Shown piece after piece: positions 13,108-51,990 of a DNA stretch of 64,000 nucleotides; positions within the stretch are counted from its first letter, which is position 1, and the number at the start of each line of letters is the position of its first letter. A model generated the notes under the pieces. That model was not told the origin of the DNA. It saw only the letters and a list, made by a program, of their open reading frames with translations, and made no database searches. The translations under genes and the position numbers were made by a program. This DNA is from Chrysomallon squamiferum (Eukaryota; Animalia; Mollusca): assembly GCA_012295275.1 (NCBI GenBank), contig CM022666.1, positions 16,244,001-16,308,000 of the forward strand. The letters are read 5' to 3'.

Positions 13108-13779
13108 ATAGTGATCTAGTTATGATGTTGTTTTGGTTATTCATATTATGTCTATTTCTTTTATATTAGTTAAAAAATTTTATTTTATTTTATTTTTTTT
13201 TTTTTTTTTTTTAGATTTTATTTTATTTTATTTTTTTTTTTTTTACGATCATTATCATTTTCATCAATATCGTTATTATAGTTTCATTATTATTAGTAGT
13301 CGCAGCAGCAGCAGCAAAAGTAGTAGTAGTAGTAGTAGTTGTTGTTGTTGTTGTAATAATTGTAGTATAAGCAGAAGCAGATACAGTAGTGGTGGTAGTA
13401 GTAGTCGTGGTGGTGGTGATATTAATGTTAGCACTAGCAGTGACAGTAATAGTAGCAGTTGTGATAGTAATAGTAGCAGTAGTAGTGGTGGTAGTAGTAA
13501 CGATGGTAGTTTTAAAAATGATAGTAGCAGTAGTTCAACCACATTTACTACAAAAATTCTACTACTACCACTACTACTAAACCACCACCACTACTACTAC
13601 TACTTCATTATCAATACAGCATTAGTATCATATGTATGTGTAAGACCATTTAAACCATTATATCAGAGTCTATAGATACTATTAGAGAAATCAAACAGTT
13701 CACGTTTTTATTTAGAATTTCTGCTAAGCTATTAAATACAAACATTTAAAGATAATCTACAACAGAACAAAACGCGTTT

Positions 13780-14637
13780 TCGAAACGTTCTACACCATTT
13801 AATACCGCTGTATTTGCCGAGTTCGTAATCCCGATATTACTGCTGCTGATCACGTGATCACTGAGGCAGTGTTCAAAGACAGAAATGAAGGAGGGTTGGA
13901 ACCAGGCTTTCTGCTTTTCCCGTTGTTTGTGCACGAAGCAGGAACGAAATCTTCAGAACGCAGATTCCAGTGGATAAATCTAAAAGCGTTCACAGCTCTG
14001 CGTGCAGATCAAACGACTTGCGTACGTTGCACAATGGCACTGTATCGACTAGAATTGTAGCGAAAGTCGAGTGTGGATGAGGAAATCTATTTTCGTACGA
14101 GAGCTGAGTCCATTGATTCTCTCGACATGCGGTCACTTATTCTGCCGCTGTCCCAAGTGGCGTAGACGAAGAATACCGCAACGCTGGTGTCGTTGTCGTA
14201 AGGAAAAACAATCTTCCAATCGTGATTGGCCAACTATTTCCCGGGACCGTTGGATTTTTGTTTACAGTTTATAAGCAGTCGCTCGACGTTACTGCGAGAG
14301 ATTAGAATTGTGCCTGCGTGAGAAAGAGTGAGAGAGAGAGAGAGAGGAAGACTGACTGTACCTAGATACTAAACACACTCAGAGACGTATTCACGTTACA
14401 CGTAAGAAAGTGACGCGGACTTTGACTTCACGTAAGAAAGAAGAAAAAGAAGAACTGCGTCTGAATGTAAGGAAGATTCGCGGATTTCGTCTCCACCTGA
14501 GAAAAAGAGAGACAAACCTGAACTGTGATCAGGACCCTGTATCGCGAGAGAGAGAGAGGGGGAGAGAAGCAGGGCTGTGCCTTAATCTTGTGTCTTAGGT
14601 CTGTGTTCTGTGAGTCGTGTCAGGAATCACTGCAGAG
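13780..14637 (+). promoter_or_regulatory. CpG-rich putative promoter/5'UTR of the neuritin-like gene
   Basis: Locally GC- and CpG-enriched unique sequence directly upstream of ATG 14638; the transcription start cannot be placed. Confidence 0.5.
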
Positions 14638-24794
<10,157 letters not shown>

Positions 24795-25697
24795 CCAAAC
24801 ATTCCCGGATTTGTCATTGCCTTTCACTGTTAATTTAGTCATCATTATTCATCATCATCAAGAAATAATTCATCATCCTGACCTAAGAATAATATTGTAT
24901 AATCTTTAATTAATAATAATAATTTATCAGCTTCAACCAATGATATATTCAGAGTGTCATTATTTTTGCATGCTTGAAGCATTTTGTATGTGTATAGTTT
25001 GTAAGTTTGATCATATTGTTTGTTAAATGTTTGTGTTTCATTATTTTCTTTACTCTTCGTCATTCTGTTTACTTTATTTTGTTTCTGGATACTTCTTCCA
25101 TAGTCGTCTATTTGTACCCAGTTTGAAGTATTCATCATTTTGAAAATATTTGTCATAAATGTTATGATTTTCCGTACCATCTACACAATTGTTATTTCAT
25201 GATTCTCTCCAAAATCTCAACCTTCTTAAAACATCATTCCAAGAGCTGACTATGTTATCATTATCCTGTATCGCTGAATTGTAATCATTTACTATCATCA
25301 GACTGTTATCATTTTATGTATTCTCTGTAGTATTATCATTTCACTTTGTCTTGAACGGTCATCATTTTGTATTTTTCCTAAAGCATCATGTTTAATATAT
25401 TTTACCCGTTTTGAAGATATTGACTCTTCTGAAGTATCACTATACAGTGTTCTATCATTATACAATGTCGCTGAACTAAGAATTAAAATATAGATATAAA
25501 TATAAATATAGGTATAGATGTATACTCTCTAAAGATGAAAACAGACTAGGATGGTTTTTCTATGCGGAACATAATCAGATTGTTTTGCACTATTACGCTT
25601 ATGCGCTAAAATGAGACTGCGTTTTTATGGTGATTACTTTTAAATCTTCTTTCTCAGGGAAAGCCTATTATAGATTAATCTTGTGTCTTATGTATTT

Positions 25698-25728
<31 letters not shown>

Positions 25729-26000
25729 TTTTATACTATTTTTTATTTTATTTCATTTATAGTTTTTCGTTAATTTATTTATTTAATTAATTATTTTTTT
25801 TTTATTTTCTGTTCTATTCTATTCTATTCTATTATTATATCTTCTGTTTGTGCTTCGTTATTTCTGTCTATCTGTCTGTTTGTCTTTCTGTCCGTCCGTC
25901 TTTCTATTATTTTGTCTCTCTGTGTGTTTACGTAATTCAATGTTAATATTAATTTATTTATTTAGTTATTTGTTATTTATTTAGTTATTTGTTATTTATT

Positions 26001-26060
<60 letters not shown>

Positions 26061-26614
26061 GAATTTGCATGTTGAGATTAATGTTGCAATATTTAAAGAA
26101 ATATATTTTCCTAAGACTGACTGATTAGTTATTTGGGAAAACAAAGACAGTTGAGAACTGTGACGTATATATGACGTATGTTGATTACTATGATGACATG
26201 TTATCTAGACTGCTACAGATTCTTTACTATAGCTATTACCCTAGAATCAGTTAATTATACAATATTAAACTATAGTGGTATTTATTTGTTTATTTGTTTA
26301 TTTATTTAATAAACACGCAGACTACATTATTTATTGATTGATTGACTGATTTTATTTAATTTATTATATCTTTTGGCCGTAACATCATCATCATCGTCAT
26401 CATTATTATTATTGCAGTTGAATTATTATGTTATTGTTGTTTATTATTGTTTTTCCTCTTTTATTTTTTTATTTATCAGTTTATGAGGGTTATTTGTATT
26501 TAATTTCTATTTTCACTTTATCTTTATGTTAAATTGTTAATGTGCTAGATAACAGTTTAGATAAGAAACACTTTATAATGAATTTATAATGTTACCGCTA
26601 ACTCAGTACTGACG

Positions 26615-26865
26615 TGTACGTTATGACGTCACTATATAAAAACGTTGGTTACAGTTGTATAACATTTATATCTAAATGTACGTTATCACATCACTGTATA
26701 ATAACGTTGGTTACAATTGTATAAAATGTATATGTACATGTACGTTATGACATCACAGTATAAAACGTTGGTTACAATTGTATAACATTTATATGTACAT
26801 GTACGTTATGACGTCACTGTATAATAACGTTGGTTACAATTGTATAACATTTATATGTACATGTA
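26615..26865. repeat. ~62-bp tandem repeat, four copies
   Basis: GTACGTTATGACGTCACTGTATAATAACGTTGGTTACAATTGTATAACATTTATATGTACAT-like unit repeated. Confidence 0.9.
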
Positions 26866-27119
26866 GTTCTCTGTGCTTCTAAATACCTGAGAGAAAAACA
26901 TAGTGTTAATTTTAAAACATTTACTCTTATCCATGTATATATTGCATAATTCTGCATACACACACATTCATACACATATAGAAACACACACACATGCGCA
27001 AACACACGGATACACACACATGTATCAATATATATATATATATATATATATATTCATCTATCTAAATGATTCTGTGTTTTTATTTGATGCAAAACACAAA
27101 CGCACTAAACATGAATACG

Positions 27120-27200
<81 letters not shown>

Positions 27201-27989
27201 TCCTGTACGTTTCTAAATCATTGCTGTTGTTACTTTTGTTCATAAAGCTATAATAATTGTCTTCTGGTAAAGAAATGATGTCTTCCCCATTGTAAATAAC
27301 AATACTGCATTGTACGTAACAATGTCACACTGTACATAAACGTGTTAGTAAAGAAATAAACATTTTTGAGTACAGTTTGTTTTGTTTATTTTATTTTTAC
27401 ATCAATTCATAGACTAGTAATAATAATAATAACAACAACAACAAATTTGTTATTAATATTACCTTTATCATTATTATTTTTATTAAAAAATCATCATCAT
27501 CATCATTATTATTATTATAATTACCAAAGCAAACTGCACATACGAGCAATTTTAAGGTACTGTAAATGACTGGGTCTATTCTGTCAGTCCGTCTACTGCA
27601 TTATTTCTCGTTCTAACCAGTTACCCACAACTCAAGAAGCCATTACACATAAAGATAACAAGATGAACATCAACAGAACCTTATTTCTAATCAGTGGAGT
27701 TGACAGAAGCTTTTTTTTTCATGTACTCATTTTATAACAATCACAATTCGATAACAGCTGTTAATATTAAATACACAGGGAATGCAATAACATGAACATC
27801 ACTTGTTTGATTGATATTATGCTAAATAATAAATAAATAAATAAACAAACAAACAAACAAATAAATAAATCAAGAATAAAAACAGCAACAAAAACATTAA
27901 TAATAATCAATTATGATTATTATTATTTAAAAACAATTAAAAAATAATTGTTACATTCTGTTAACTAAAACAGATATAAGCTGAAAGCA

Positions 27990-28103
27990 GACGTCATGCG
28001 TCAAAATGGCGGACCTATTCCTCTGAGAGCTGTGTTAGTCCTTCTTCTCGCCCGCAGACAACACAAGACAACGTACGAGAAGCTGGTTCTACGTCTCTGT
28101 ACA
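27990..28103 (+). promoter_or_regulatory. Candidate promoter and non-coding first exon (possible distal ACSL 5' exon)
   Basis: AAAATGGCGG (YY1-type initiator motif) at 28003-28012 in a CpG-rich patch, followed by a GTGAGT donor at 28104. Linkage to ACSL is inferred only from position and orientation. Confidence 0.35.
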
Positions 28104-28434
28104 GTGAGTCACTGATTGCTTCATGCACGCTTTGAAACTATCACCGATGTTGTAAACGAATGTCCGTTTGTCATTCGACATGTACATCTATGCTGTGATT
28201 GATTGTTTTGAATACTGTGTCTATGTTTAGTACAGATATTTTAGGAGTGTTAATGTACGCAGTGTGTATCGTGCGAAAGACGGACAGATTTAGATATTTT
28301 GTGAGTCTCAAAGGCGGGGAAAATTTAGATGCGACATTTAGCAGGTGGTTACAGAGAATAAATAGTAATTGGACTAAAATTCACAGAGACGCCTTTTGCT
28401 TGTCACGCCATAAACAGAAACAGTCTCTTTCTTC

Positions 28435-28486
<52 letters not shown>

Positions 28487-28574
28487 TTTGTTAAACTCGG
28501 CTCTGTTTTCAGCCCTATAAATCAGGTCCTGGTGTTCTACGAATTTGATAATGACGATGATGATGATTATGATA

Positions 28575-28641
<67 letters not shown>

Positions 28642-28651
28642 GTAGTAATAA

Positions 28652-28686
<35 letters not shown>

Positions 28687-28764
28687 ATAATAATAATAAT
28701 AATAGTAATAGCAGCAGCTGTAGTAATTGTAGTACTACTAATAATTACATGTATTTACACAGTA

Positions 28765-29070
28765 CATAATACAGACATTTTTGTATTCTGTACGAAAAAA
28801 AACAACATCAAAACAATAATACAGACATTTTTTGTATTCTGTACGAAAGAAAACAACACGAAAACAATAATACAGACATTTTTGTATTCTGTACGAGAAA
28901 AAACAACATCAAAACAATAATACAGACATTTTTGTAGTCTGTACGAAAGAAAACAACATGAAAACAATAATACAGACATTTTTGTTTTCTGTACGAAAGA
29001 AAACAACATCAAAACAATAATACAGACATTTTTGTTTTCTGTACGAAAGAAAACAACATGAAAACAATCT
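28765..29070. repeat. ~50-bp tandem repeat, six copies
   Basis: AATAATACAGACATTTTTGTATTCTGTACGAAAGAAAACAACATCAAAAC-like unit. Confidence 0.92.
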
Positions 29071-29555
29071 CTAACGAATCTGTTTAACATATCTGACATG
29101 TCCACTCATTCACTCCCAACATCACGATCCGCTTTTTCCACACACTTTAACATAATACAGACAGTTGCACAACCGTAAACAACAATTAGAAAGAAATGAA
29201 ACCTACACCACTTTGACCAAAAAGGTTTGTTTCTACATATGATTAACCTGACAGAGAAACGAAATGGGTTTTAACGTATTTACCGATTTAATGGCATTGT
29301 TAAATCTGTAATGGACTCCTAATAACTGCAGTCACGCGAAACCGCCGTTAAGTATTTTAGAATTACCAGTTGTAGTGTTGACTGTACTCGGTAATCATTG
29401 TCTAGTTATCAGAGAGGCGGTTCTAACTACGTCACAGTATCAGAATACACGACATCTGTAAGAAATTATCACGGGAAGAAAAAATGTCTGTCACCGCAGT
29501 AGGTTTGATTGACAATAACAGCTTTGCGACTTCTGAATAACGTAATTAAACTCAT

Positions 29556-29620
<65 letters not shown>

Positions 29621-29876
29621 AATAAATAAATTGATGGTGGATGGATGGATAAATAATAGCATACTGAAACACAAAGCTAGGCACACATACGGATGTAGAT
29701 TAGAACAAGGAAGATAACTCCATTTAATCTAGTAGTGTTGACAGAGTTGTCCTCCTTGGTTATCATGCATAAATAGTGTCGGGAAATGTAAAAGAATTAC
29801 GATAAAAAAATTTTAAAAATTAGCAAACTTTTCCTTCATTTAGCCAACCTTATTTCATTTTATTTATTTATTTATT

Positions 29877-29957
<81 letters not shown>

Positions 29958-29959
29958 TT

Positions 29960-30536
29960 TATGGTAACAGTAAAAGTAGTATTATTAAAAAGAGTAGCAG
30001 TACTAGAACTAGTAATAGTAGAGTAATAGTCTAAGTAATAGTAGTAATATTTCAGATAATAAATAGTAACAAAAGTAATAATAGTTCAGGTAAAACTAGT
30101 AGAAACATTAGTACCAAATGTAATAGTAGTAGTAGTGTAGTAGTATGATGGTAATAATGTATAACAGCAGTATGGTAGAAGCTGCCGTAGTTTCATACCT
30201 GTAAAATCATTATCAGTTGTAGAAGTAGAAGTAGACGTTAACGTTGCAGACGTACTAACAGTAACAGTGCAGTAGTGATAAAAGTAGTATTTATAGAAAA
30301 ATGAAATATAAACTAACTTCAGTATAGCGATTTTGAAGTATCAGTAGAAGTAGTAGTAGTAGCTGTAGTTACAGTAGTAACAGTAGTAGTAGTTATAGTA
30401 GTAATAGTAGTAGTAGCAGTAGTAACAGTCTTAGTAATAGTAGTACTTGAAGTAACAGTAGTCATAAGATTTGAAGTTATAGTAATGAAAGTAATAATAA
30501 TTTAAGTAAAGTAGTAGAAGTAATATTAGTACAAAC

Positions 30537-30567
<31 letters not shown>

Positions 30568-30904
30568 TAGTAGTATAGTAGGAGTGTTTAAAGTAGTAAT
30601 GTGGCAGTAACAATAGTATAGTTGGAGTGATAATAGTAGTTGTAGTATAGTAGTAAAATAGTGTATATTATTGGTAGAATAATTTTATAGTAGTAGTATG
30701 ATAAAAGCGGCAATAGTTGTAGTAGTATAATTATAAAGGTAGAGGTAATAGTAAAAGTACTATTGTAGCAGCAGTAGTAGTAGAAGTAGTAGTAGTAGTA
30801 ATAGTAGTAACTGTAGTAGTAACAGTAGCATATTAGTAATAATAATAATTATAAAGAAATGAAATATAAATTAATTTCATAAATACGGTTTCTTAGTAGC
30901 AGTG

Positions 30905-30941
<37 letters not shown>

Positions 30942-30949
30942 AAGTAGTA

Positions 30950-31007
<58 letters not shown>

Positions 31008-31030
31008 CAGCAGCAGCAGCAGCAGCTATA
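29960..31030. repeat. Long degenerate (AGT)n low-complexity tract
   Basis: AGT/AAT/AGC triplets dominate; pure run at 30905-31005. Confidence 0.85.
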
Positions 31031-31121
31031 TTTCTGAACATATTTAAAACGATACATTTAAAGATGGTAAAATTGTGTGCAACACTATTTGTAGTTTCAA
31101 CGCTAATACTTTTTTAATTTC

Positions 31122-31173
<52 letters not shown>

Positions 31174-33537
31174 AACTTAATAAGATTATTTTGCGTTTAA
31201 GACCAGGAAATGTTACTTTTAAAAGTGTTTGTTGTTGTGTTCATTCAGCCATGACTAAGTATATTTTAATATAAATATATTTTACTATGCATTTCTTGTT
31301 TAACTGGGGGTGCAAAAGTGGACACGCTTCACTGAATAAAAAAAAAAAAAAAAATGCTTCAAGGTATTATGAAAATAAATACTTGAACTTTTGCCCTGGA
31401 AAAGCTCGTCGTTAAATTTTTTTGTTTATAAAATTCAGGCTGTTAAAATATTAACATAGATAAATTTATAAAATTAAGGTGTTAAAATACTGACATATCT
31501 AAACGGATCAGTCCAGAAAACTATGAAGTGTAAATGTTCTAGATCAGGTGTTCTAGATAACAAATTTGTTATGGGCAGTCAAAACGTACACATTATTTTT
31601 GTCTTCTGTATCTAGATAGTGATGTACTTATAGTCAGTGTAGGTTAGAGCACGCTTGTCGTGGACTGTCTGGTGTGTGTTCTAGTGACTAATCTAATCAG
31701 GAAAACACGCGTCCCTCGTTGTTCTAATTTACGACTGATTCTGGCGTAAAGTTATTTTGTTGTAGTAGCAGCCGTGGTGGTGGGTGTAGTAATAGTAGAA
31801 TCGCAGTTGTAACTAGCAGTAATAGTAATATCTGTAGCTATAGTAGTAATAGTAGTAGTAGTAGCTGTAGTAGTAGTAGTAGTAGCAGTATTAGTAGTAG
31901 TAGTATAGTAGTAATAGTAGTAGTAGCTATAGTTATAGTAATAATAGTAGATGTAGTATTAGTAGTAGTAGTATAGTAGTAATAGTAGTAGTAGCTATAG
32001 TTATAGTAATAATAGTAGATGTAGTATTAGAAGAAGAAGAAGCAGAGCACTATTTTTTTTATTCCCACGTTTTTGACATTTTGACACGTTTCTATTTCTA
32101 GCTCAGTGTTTTCACACACGTCCGTCAGTCTCGGTTTCGACGTCTGACGTCACAAGCTGTCGTGTCTATGAAAAGGTTAATGAAAATATATGTTTTATTT
32201 CAAAACAATGAGTGTTCATTCGGTGTGACATCTTCGTTGTCTGCATCGTGATGACTTCGTACCAGTCGGTGCAGACATTTCAAAACATTACTGTTATCGG
32301 TTAGCAACAAGTGATCTTTCAGTTACACCTTAACCTAGACAGTATACAAAATGTTACTGTATTTCATAAAGCAGACTCCGGGAAGTAGCTAGAACGTTAA
32401 TAAAAGATTAAGGACAACGAGAAGGTTTGATCCGTCGTGCCTCAGGCTGCCTAGATTTCAAATACAGACCGACCAACACATAAATGTTTATCTAAGTGTA
32501 TGAGTTATCTACGTTGTTGTTTTAACTAACTACACAGACGGCACCAGCCAATCCGACGTGCACGGCGTGTTTGACGTGTCAAAGGTGAGATAAGATGCGA
32601 TATTCACGAATGACCAGGTTATTCTGTTAAAAGAGATAAATCAGAGAACACGTCGTCTACGACAGACTCGACGTTACACGTAAGTACAGAGTGTGTAAAG
32701 TTCAACGTTCAGCTTTGTAATCGTAGAAAATTTACACTTTGATCAAATGAAGGAAATCAGACGTACAACTCACTGAATAAAAATGTCGGCACTCCAATGG
32801 AAATGATCTTTAGAACATATACTGTAGGATTGTTCTTAGCTTATTTAGAATTTTTCAAAGGCTTAACATTCCAGTCAGAATAACTGTTACGAAATACTTC
32901 TTTTGTAGATTCGCTGCGAAGAAATATTTGTACACTTTTAGACTCTTAATCTGAGTAAACAAATGTAAGTTTGTGAATGAAGAACGGCCAAAGAGACTTT
33001 CTTCTTTTTGCATTACTGCATCACATTTGTTTTTCTGTCAGTGATTGTTATATATTAATATTTTCATTTTTATTTATTTATTTATTTCCTTATTTACTAA
33101 AATTCTTATTTATTTATTTATTTCCTTATTTACTAACATTCTTATTTATTTATTTATTATTGTTAAAATGTAATGAAAATAGAAACTAGCGTAAATTAAT
33201 AAACACAGAAAACCAGATTTCACTATTTCCAAAAAAAATAAAAAAAAATAGGACCACTAACCGAGGAAGTAAGTAATTCCCTATTATAATCATGTTTTCA
33301 CTCGAACAAAATAAGAAAATATATATCTAAAACCAGAATGCCGTTACACGTTTAATCAAATTCGGCTCTAAAAGGATTAACGAAAAAAGTTATAATAGGA
33401 TTGGTATTTTAACATAAAATGCGTCTAGGTTAAGAATTATCAGACAGGTAAAGCTATTTAAAGTACAAATGATAACATTATCACTGCTGGTTATAATAAA
33501 TTTAGTTACGTAATGGAATTAAGGTTTGAGAATTATA

Positions 33538-33574
<37 letters not shown>

Positions 33575-33769
33575 TTTCTTCGAACAGATTATCTATTGCC
33601 TGGGACAGCCTCTATATATAAGTATTACTCTGTCAGTTTTAAAATTAAAAATTAACTCAAAATATACAAATATAAAAGAATTCAGCACTTTGTTTTTCTT
33701 CCATTTCATAATATAACCAAAAAATGCAGATGCGTAATTTACTTGTTTACCGTTGAACTCAAATAATCA

Positions 33770-34183
33770 TCTGACGAGCAAAGCACGAGACCTTGACGAA
33801 ATTTCGTTTCCTTCCGGAAATTCACTGCGTCTTTATCTCTATATTTAACGATTCTGAATCAGAAAGGACGAATTAACAACCTACAAATCAGCAAGAACGT
33901 TACATTTTATTTATTGTTTATAAAGAATGTAAAACCTGCTGCTGAATAAGCCTAATACATAGTAGTAGTGCTGATATTGTTTAATAATTTTTAGATCTGT
34001 TGAAAATAAGCTTTGAAAGTGTATGATTTATGTCGGACAATATTATTTAAAAGACTTAACTGGAGCGCTAAAGGATACTGGAGGAATTAATAATATACAA
34101 CCAACTATAGCGCCATTGTCATAGTTGTGTGTGGTGTATTGTAGATGTTACAAATGATACAGATACATTTTATTACGTTCGTG
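33770..34183 (+). promoter_or_regulatory. Candidate proximal ACSL promoter and non-coding first exon
   Basis: CpG-containing patch with a TTCCGGAA (ETS-like) site near 33812 and a strong G|GTAAGT donor at 34184; CpG frequency falls sharply after ~34450. The first coding exon has an acceptor at 37802-37803, so an upstream exon must exist. Confidence 0.45.
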
Positions 34184-37090
34184 GTAAGTGTTTAATGCAA
34201 ACATTTTTCATACTTAGTGAAATGAATTCTGACAACATGTAATTCACGATGTTTTCTATAAAACGAAGCTTTTCTGAGAAGACAACGATTTAGAGGACGC
34301 CGATTCGTTATTATGTAGTGACGCACATGTCTTCGAGAACGACCGATCGAAAACTAGCCGGTAACACTAACAGGAATAACATCTTACGCATGCTCTTTCC
34401 AATCGTTCGATGTTATTAATGATTTTCTATATGTATTATTTAGTGAAAATGTATCCTGTTGCATAAATTTGTTTTGAATCAATATTCCGTGCAGTAAATA
34501 AAGCAGACAGTCAAACATAAGTTTAACATATGACTGCTGTATCAAGAACTGAAATTCTTTGTTAGAATTACGATATATAATAACAGCACAGTGAATACAT
34601 GTTTACACAAACTGGTTACAAACTACTAAATGCATCTGTTAAAATTTATCCACACCTGTCAGGTATAAATAAAAATTCACAGTCTAATTATATCATTATT
34701 ATAATTACTTACAGATTATCCCTGACCTTCAGTGATAACTTATTTATACTGGCAGTCAATTGTCCACAGACCACTGAAACAATGCTCTTTATCATAGTCT
34801 GTATAAATAACTGAATGAATCATACCTAGCATATTGAGATAACAAGCATAAAGCTGTCTAGTGTAATTGTTGTCTTCATTCAGTAAGTAAATTGGATAAT
34901 CTAAAAACTACTGTTGTTTGTTGCATCACTCAGTCTGTTTTACTGAAGTTCATGGTTTGTATCTTCTTGTCAGCAGTAAAGCACTTTTTAAAACAACTCC
35001 AGAGATCCTTTGTGACTTAATAATTCATTGTATGAAGGTAGCAGTATTCATATCTCTTAATTTGTGTTTTTCCTCCTAAAAAATGTTTTATATTCTTACA
35101 AGAATGTCAGGGTTCCTTTAAACAAATATTTATTCAAATGGAAAAGTTCCAGCTAATTATTTTTATTAAATATATTTACTGCTAGTCAAAAATAATTTTT
35201 ATACCGAGAACTGTTTAATTTAATAGAACAATAAAAAAAAATAATAATAATAATCAAAACTACATCCTTTCCCTGGGGGGGTAAGAAAAAGAAAATGTTT
35301 TACAGCTCACTTTATTACTGAGATTATAACTAATATTAAAATTAAATGAAGCAGAGCTGAATGATAATTGATACTGATAAACAGGCGTATGCCACATGAA
35401 TGTGTTTAAGATTTGTCATTAAATAACTTCCTTTTCCTTAAATGGCTCAGACAGACTGAAAACAATGAGGAACATTTGCAAGTATTTTGAAAGCATCTTT
35501 TACTTTAATGTGACAATATGAAATATAACTTAATTCGACAGTTTGAGGAAAGGTCTTTTCTTTTAATGTGGGAAATGAAAATATAATTTTATTTGAAAGG
35601 TGAAAAAAAAATTCAATGTTTTATTCTTAGTTGCTGGTTTTGTATTTAATCATGGAAAATTGGTAACCATTAACAAGTTTGTTTATTCAAGCTACATATT
35701 AGTCTGTTCACTTGTGCTTGTTAGCTATACTATATATCTATCTACACGCACACACACACATGCACACACTAAAAAGTACAAAAGCTTCAGCCATTTTGCT
35801 CTGAAATCAACTCTAAAAAATTGAAATTCTTCACAAAACAGTAATATGAAATTATAAAAAAAAAAAAATATTAGATATATAATAATATATCAATGCAGGA
35901 GTAGAGTTGTTTTCTGAAAATTAATTTGCTATTTGAAAAGTTGAATCTCTGTAATTTATGTTATTTTTAAACATTATTTTTACTTGTTTTTACTTGTTAT
36001 TTAAATGTTATTTGGTGTTATGTTACATGATAAAACATAAGAGAGAATATCATATTATCAGTCTTTAGACCCCAAGTGAGCCTTTTATTTTACTGTTATT
36101 CTTTCTTAACAAAAACTAGTTACACAAGCCAGATTATTTACTAAGAAATATTTAAGTAAGTCTTCAGAAATGCACACAAACAGATTACTGGTAATTTGTA
36201 CAAGATATATTTCGACATTTTAATTTTTTATGCTATTTTTTACTAAAACAACAAAAAAACAAAATATTCATATTATTAAACACCATATATCACTTAATGT
36301 TAGAGTCAGGTAAATAACTATTATCTAAATAGAATTAAATCAGGTGTTGGAGGTAAATTAAAACATGCAGGTATGTTTGTATTACCCTCAGACAGTAACA
36401 TAGATAAATTACATCATTTTCTGCCACCATTTGTCTTTATAAAGTAGTGTTTTTTTTATTTATGATGTGTGTCTGGCATTGACTTTTCACCTCACTTGAG
36501 CTGAGTCTTCATTTTAATATATAACTTTGCTGAGGTACACACATTCTTCTTTTTTAACAACAATTTTTATTTTATTTATTTTTTATCTGTATAGTGTGTA
36601 CAATAGATAATTCAACAGGATAATTACTTCACTCAAGGATGTAAATATGGTGTGTATTTATGAGTGTTTGTGTGTGTGTATGTGTAACTATCTTTACATA
36701 AAATTAAAAATCAAAATGTTCATTATACAAAAATACATGTGTTGTACATAAGATAGTCGTTTTTTTCTTTCTTGCTTATGGTTAGTACACTGGATATATT
36801 TATAGATATGACAAGTAGATTTCTATAAAAGATATTAAATTATGTTTACAATGTTAATATAAATGTGTATTGTGCATATTAAGTATGTAGTTCATTGGAG
36901 TTATTCATATCACAAATAGGTTTCATACATACATATTAGAACATTATTTATGAGGTATTGAAGAATAAATATAAATGTTTAATAATGTTTATGATTAGTT
37001 TAGTCTGTGTGTTTATAGGTTTGTCAGCAGCTGATGCAGACATAAAAATAAAATAAAGTAATAAAAAAAATTTAAAAAATGTATGTTCTA

Positions 37091-37128
<38 letters not shown>

Positions 37129-37846
37129 CTGTTGACAACATAAAAGTGACAGCTAATATTTTTAATGTCCTTGTTACTGGTAAAACATATTTTTTATAAA
37201 AAGTTAACACTTCTGCTGTTGCATTTTAAAACAGAGGAAATTATTTTTACACTTGTGTAGTTCCTTTTTAGTTTTAGTATTATTATTATATTTAAAAAAA
37301 AAAAAAAAATTTAAATTTTAAATCTTATTTGTGAGTATTTCCTCCTCTTGTAAAAGTTACATATTAAATCTGTTTTGTATTTGGTCAGGTCAGTGGAGTT
37401 ATTTATATCACAAATAGGATTGTGTATATCTGTGTGTCTTGAAGATGTATAAATTAGAAAATAATTAACGGTTATTGCAGTTCGCAGTTTAGGTTGTTTT
37501 GTATTTGATGAGTACATGTCATGTGTTAAACATGCACCTAGTTATCTCTGTTGTAGACGCTGTGTTTACTTTACCTACTTTCTAGACAGACATACCTGCG
37601 TAGGTAATCTTTTTAACCTGTTGTGTTTAGAAAAGATAATACCCCTGTATAAAAGACCACAGGTAACAGACAGGTATATCAGTTTTATCTTTCAACTAAG
37701 CCTGGTAAGTGATCAAATAAAATACAGATTGTGTATTAATTCAATATTTAAATTTTTTATTTTAATATGTTTTAATTTGTTTTTAATTATTATTTTATTT
37801 CAGATTGTTTCTGTTTGACATCCCCTCATCGTCGCAGAACGACAGC

Positions 37847-51093
<13,247 letters not shown>

Positions 51094-51959
51094 GTGCAGG
51101 GAAAATGTGTGTGTGTGTCACTAACTGCAGAGAAGAGTTTGATTTGAGAAACTTGCCTGAATAGATTTTTGTGTGTGTTTTCACTGAGATGTATTTATAC
51201 TATCTGAACAGATGCCATTGTTCAAATATAGTCATTTTCTTACTTTTATTTTGATTTACTTATTTATATATTTATTTATTTACTTATTTATTTATAATTG
51301 TTTATGTAGGTATAAAATACTTTAAAAAACAAGAGGAAAATGAACTAATAGTGACATGTATAATTGGCACGTTGTGTTGATAAAATTATTAAAATAGCAT
51401 TTAAAAGAAAATTAATAAAAATGTAATTTTTATTTTAATTTAAAAATTTATACAAAATAATAATTGTTAGCAGTCTAAAATTTGTCTTCATGGGCTGAGA
51501 AACATTTAAACAACGTGTAAGTTATAGTGGGGAAAATCATTTAAACACTTTTCTATTAGAAAATGTACCTGATAATTCTGCAGCAGTATAATAATGTGAT
51601 TCAAGAATTTTTCTTAAAACAAAACAGAAAAAAGAAGAACAGGGTTAAAAATTATGTTACAGGACCAGAACAAAATATCTATTTATATTTGTTCGATTGT
51701 TGTTTTTTTGTTTATTTATATATATATTTTTTTTTATTTTTTTTTTTTATGGTCATTTGATGGTCACATCTGTGTCATTGATTTCAAAAAAAAAAAAAAA
51801 AAAAAAAATCAGCTGAAAAAAATACATTAATCACATTGTTACTTTTATTTACTTATTTTATTTTTTTTTTTTTTTTTTTTTTTTTTTATTGGTCATTTGA
51901 TGGTCAATTTCTGTGCCATTGATATTAATCATATTTTACTTTTATTATTATTATTACTT

Positions 51960-51990
<31 letters not shown>

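Noticed and set aside
13746-14598. Several 60-70 aa ORFs in the CpG-rich region
   Set aside because: No recognisable domain or consistent splice structure; better explained as promoter/5'UTR of the neuritin-like gene.
24845-25180. 111-aa minus-strand ORF
   Set aside because: AT-rich, no domain, and lies antisense to the presumed 3'UTR of the neuritin-like gene.
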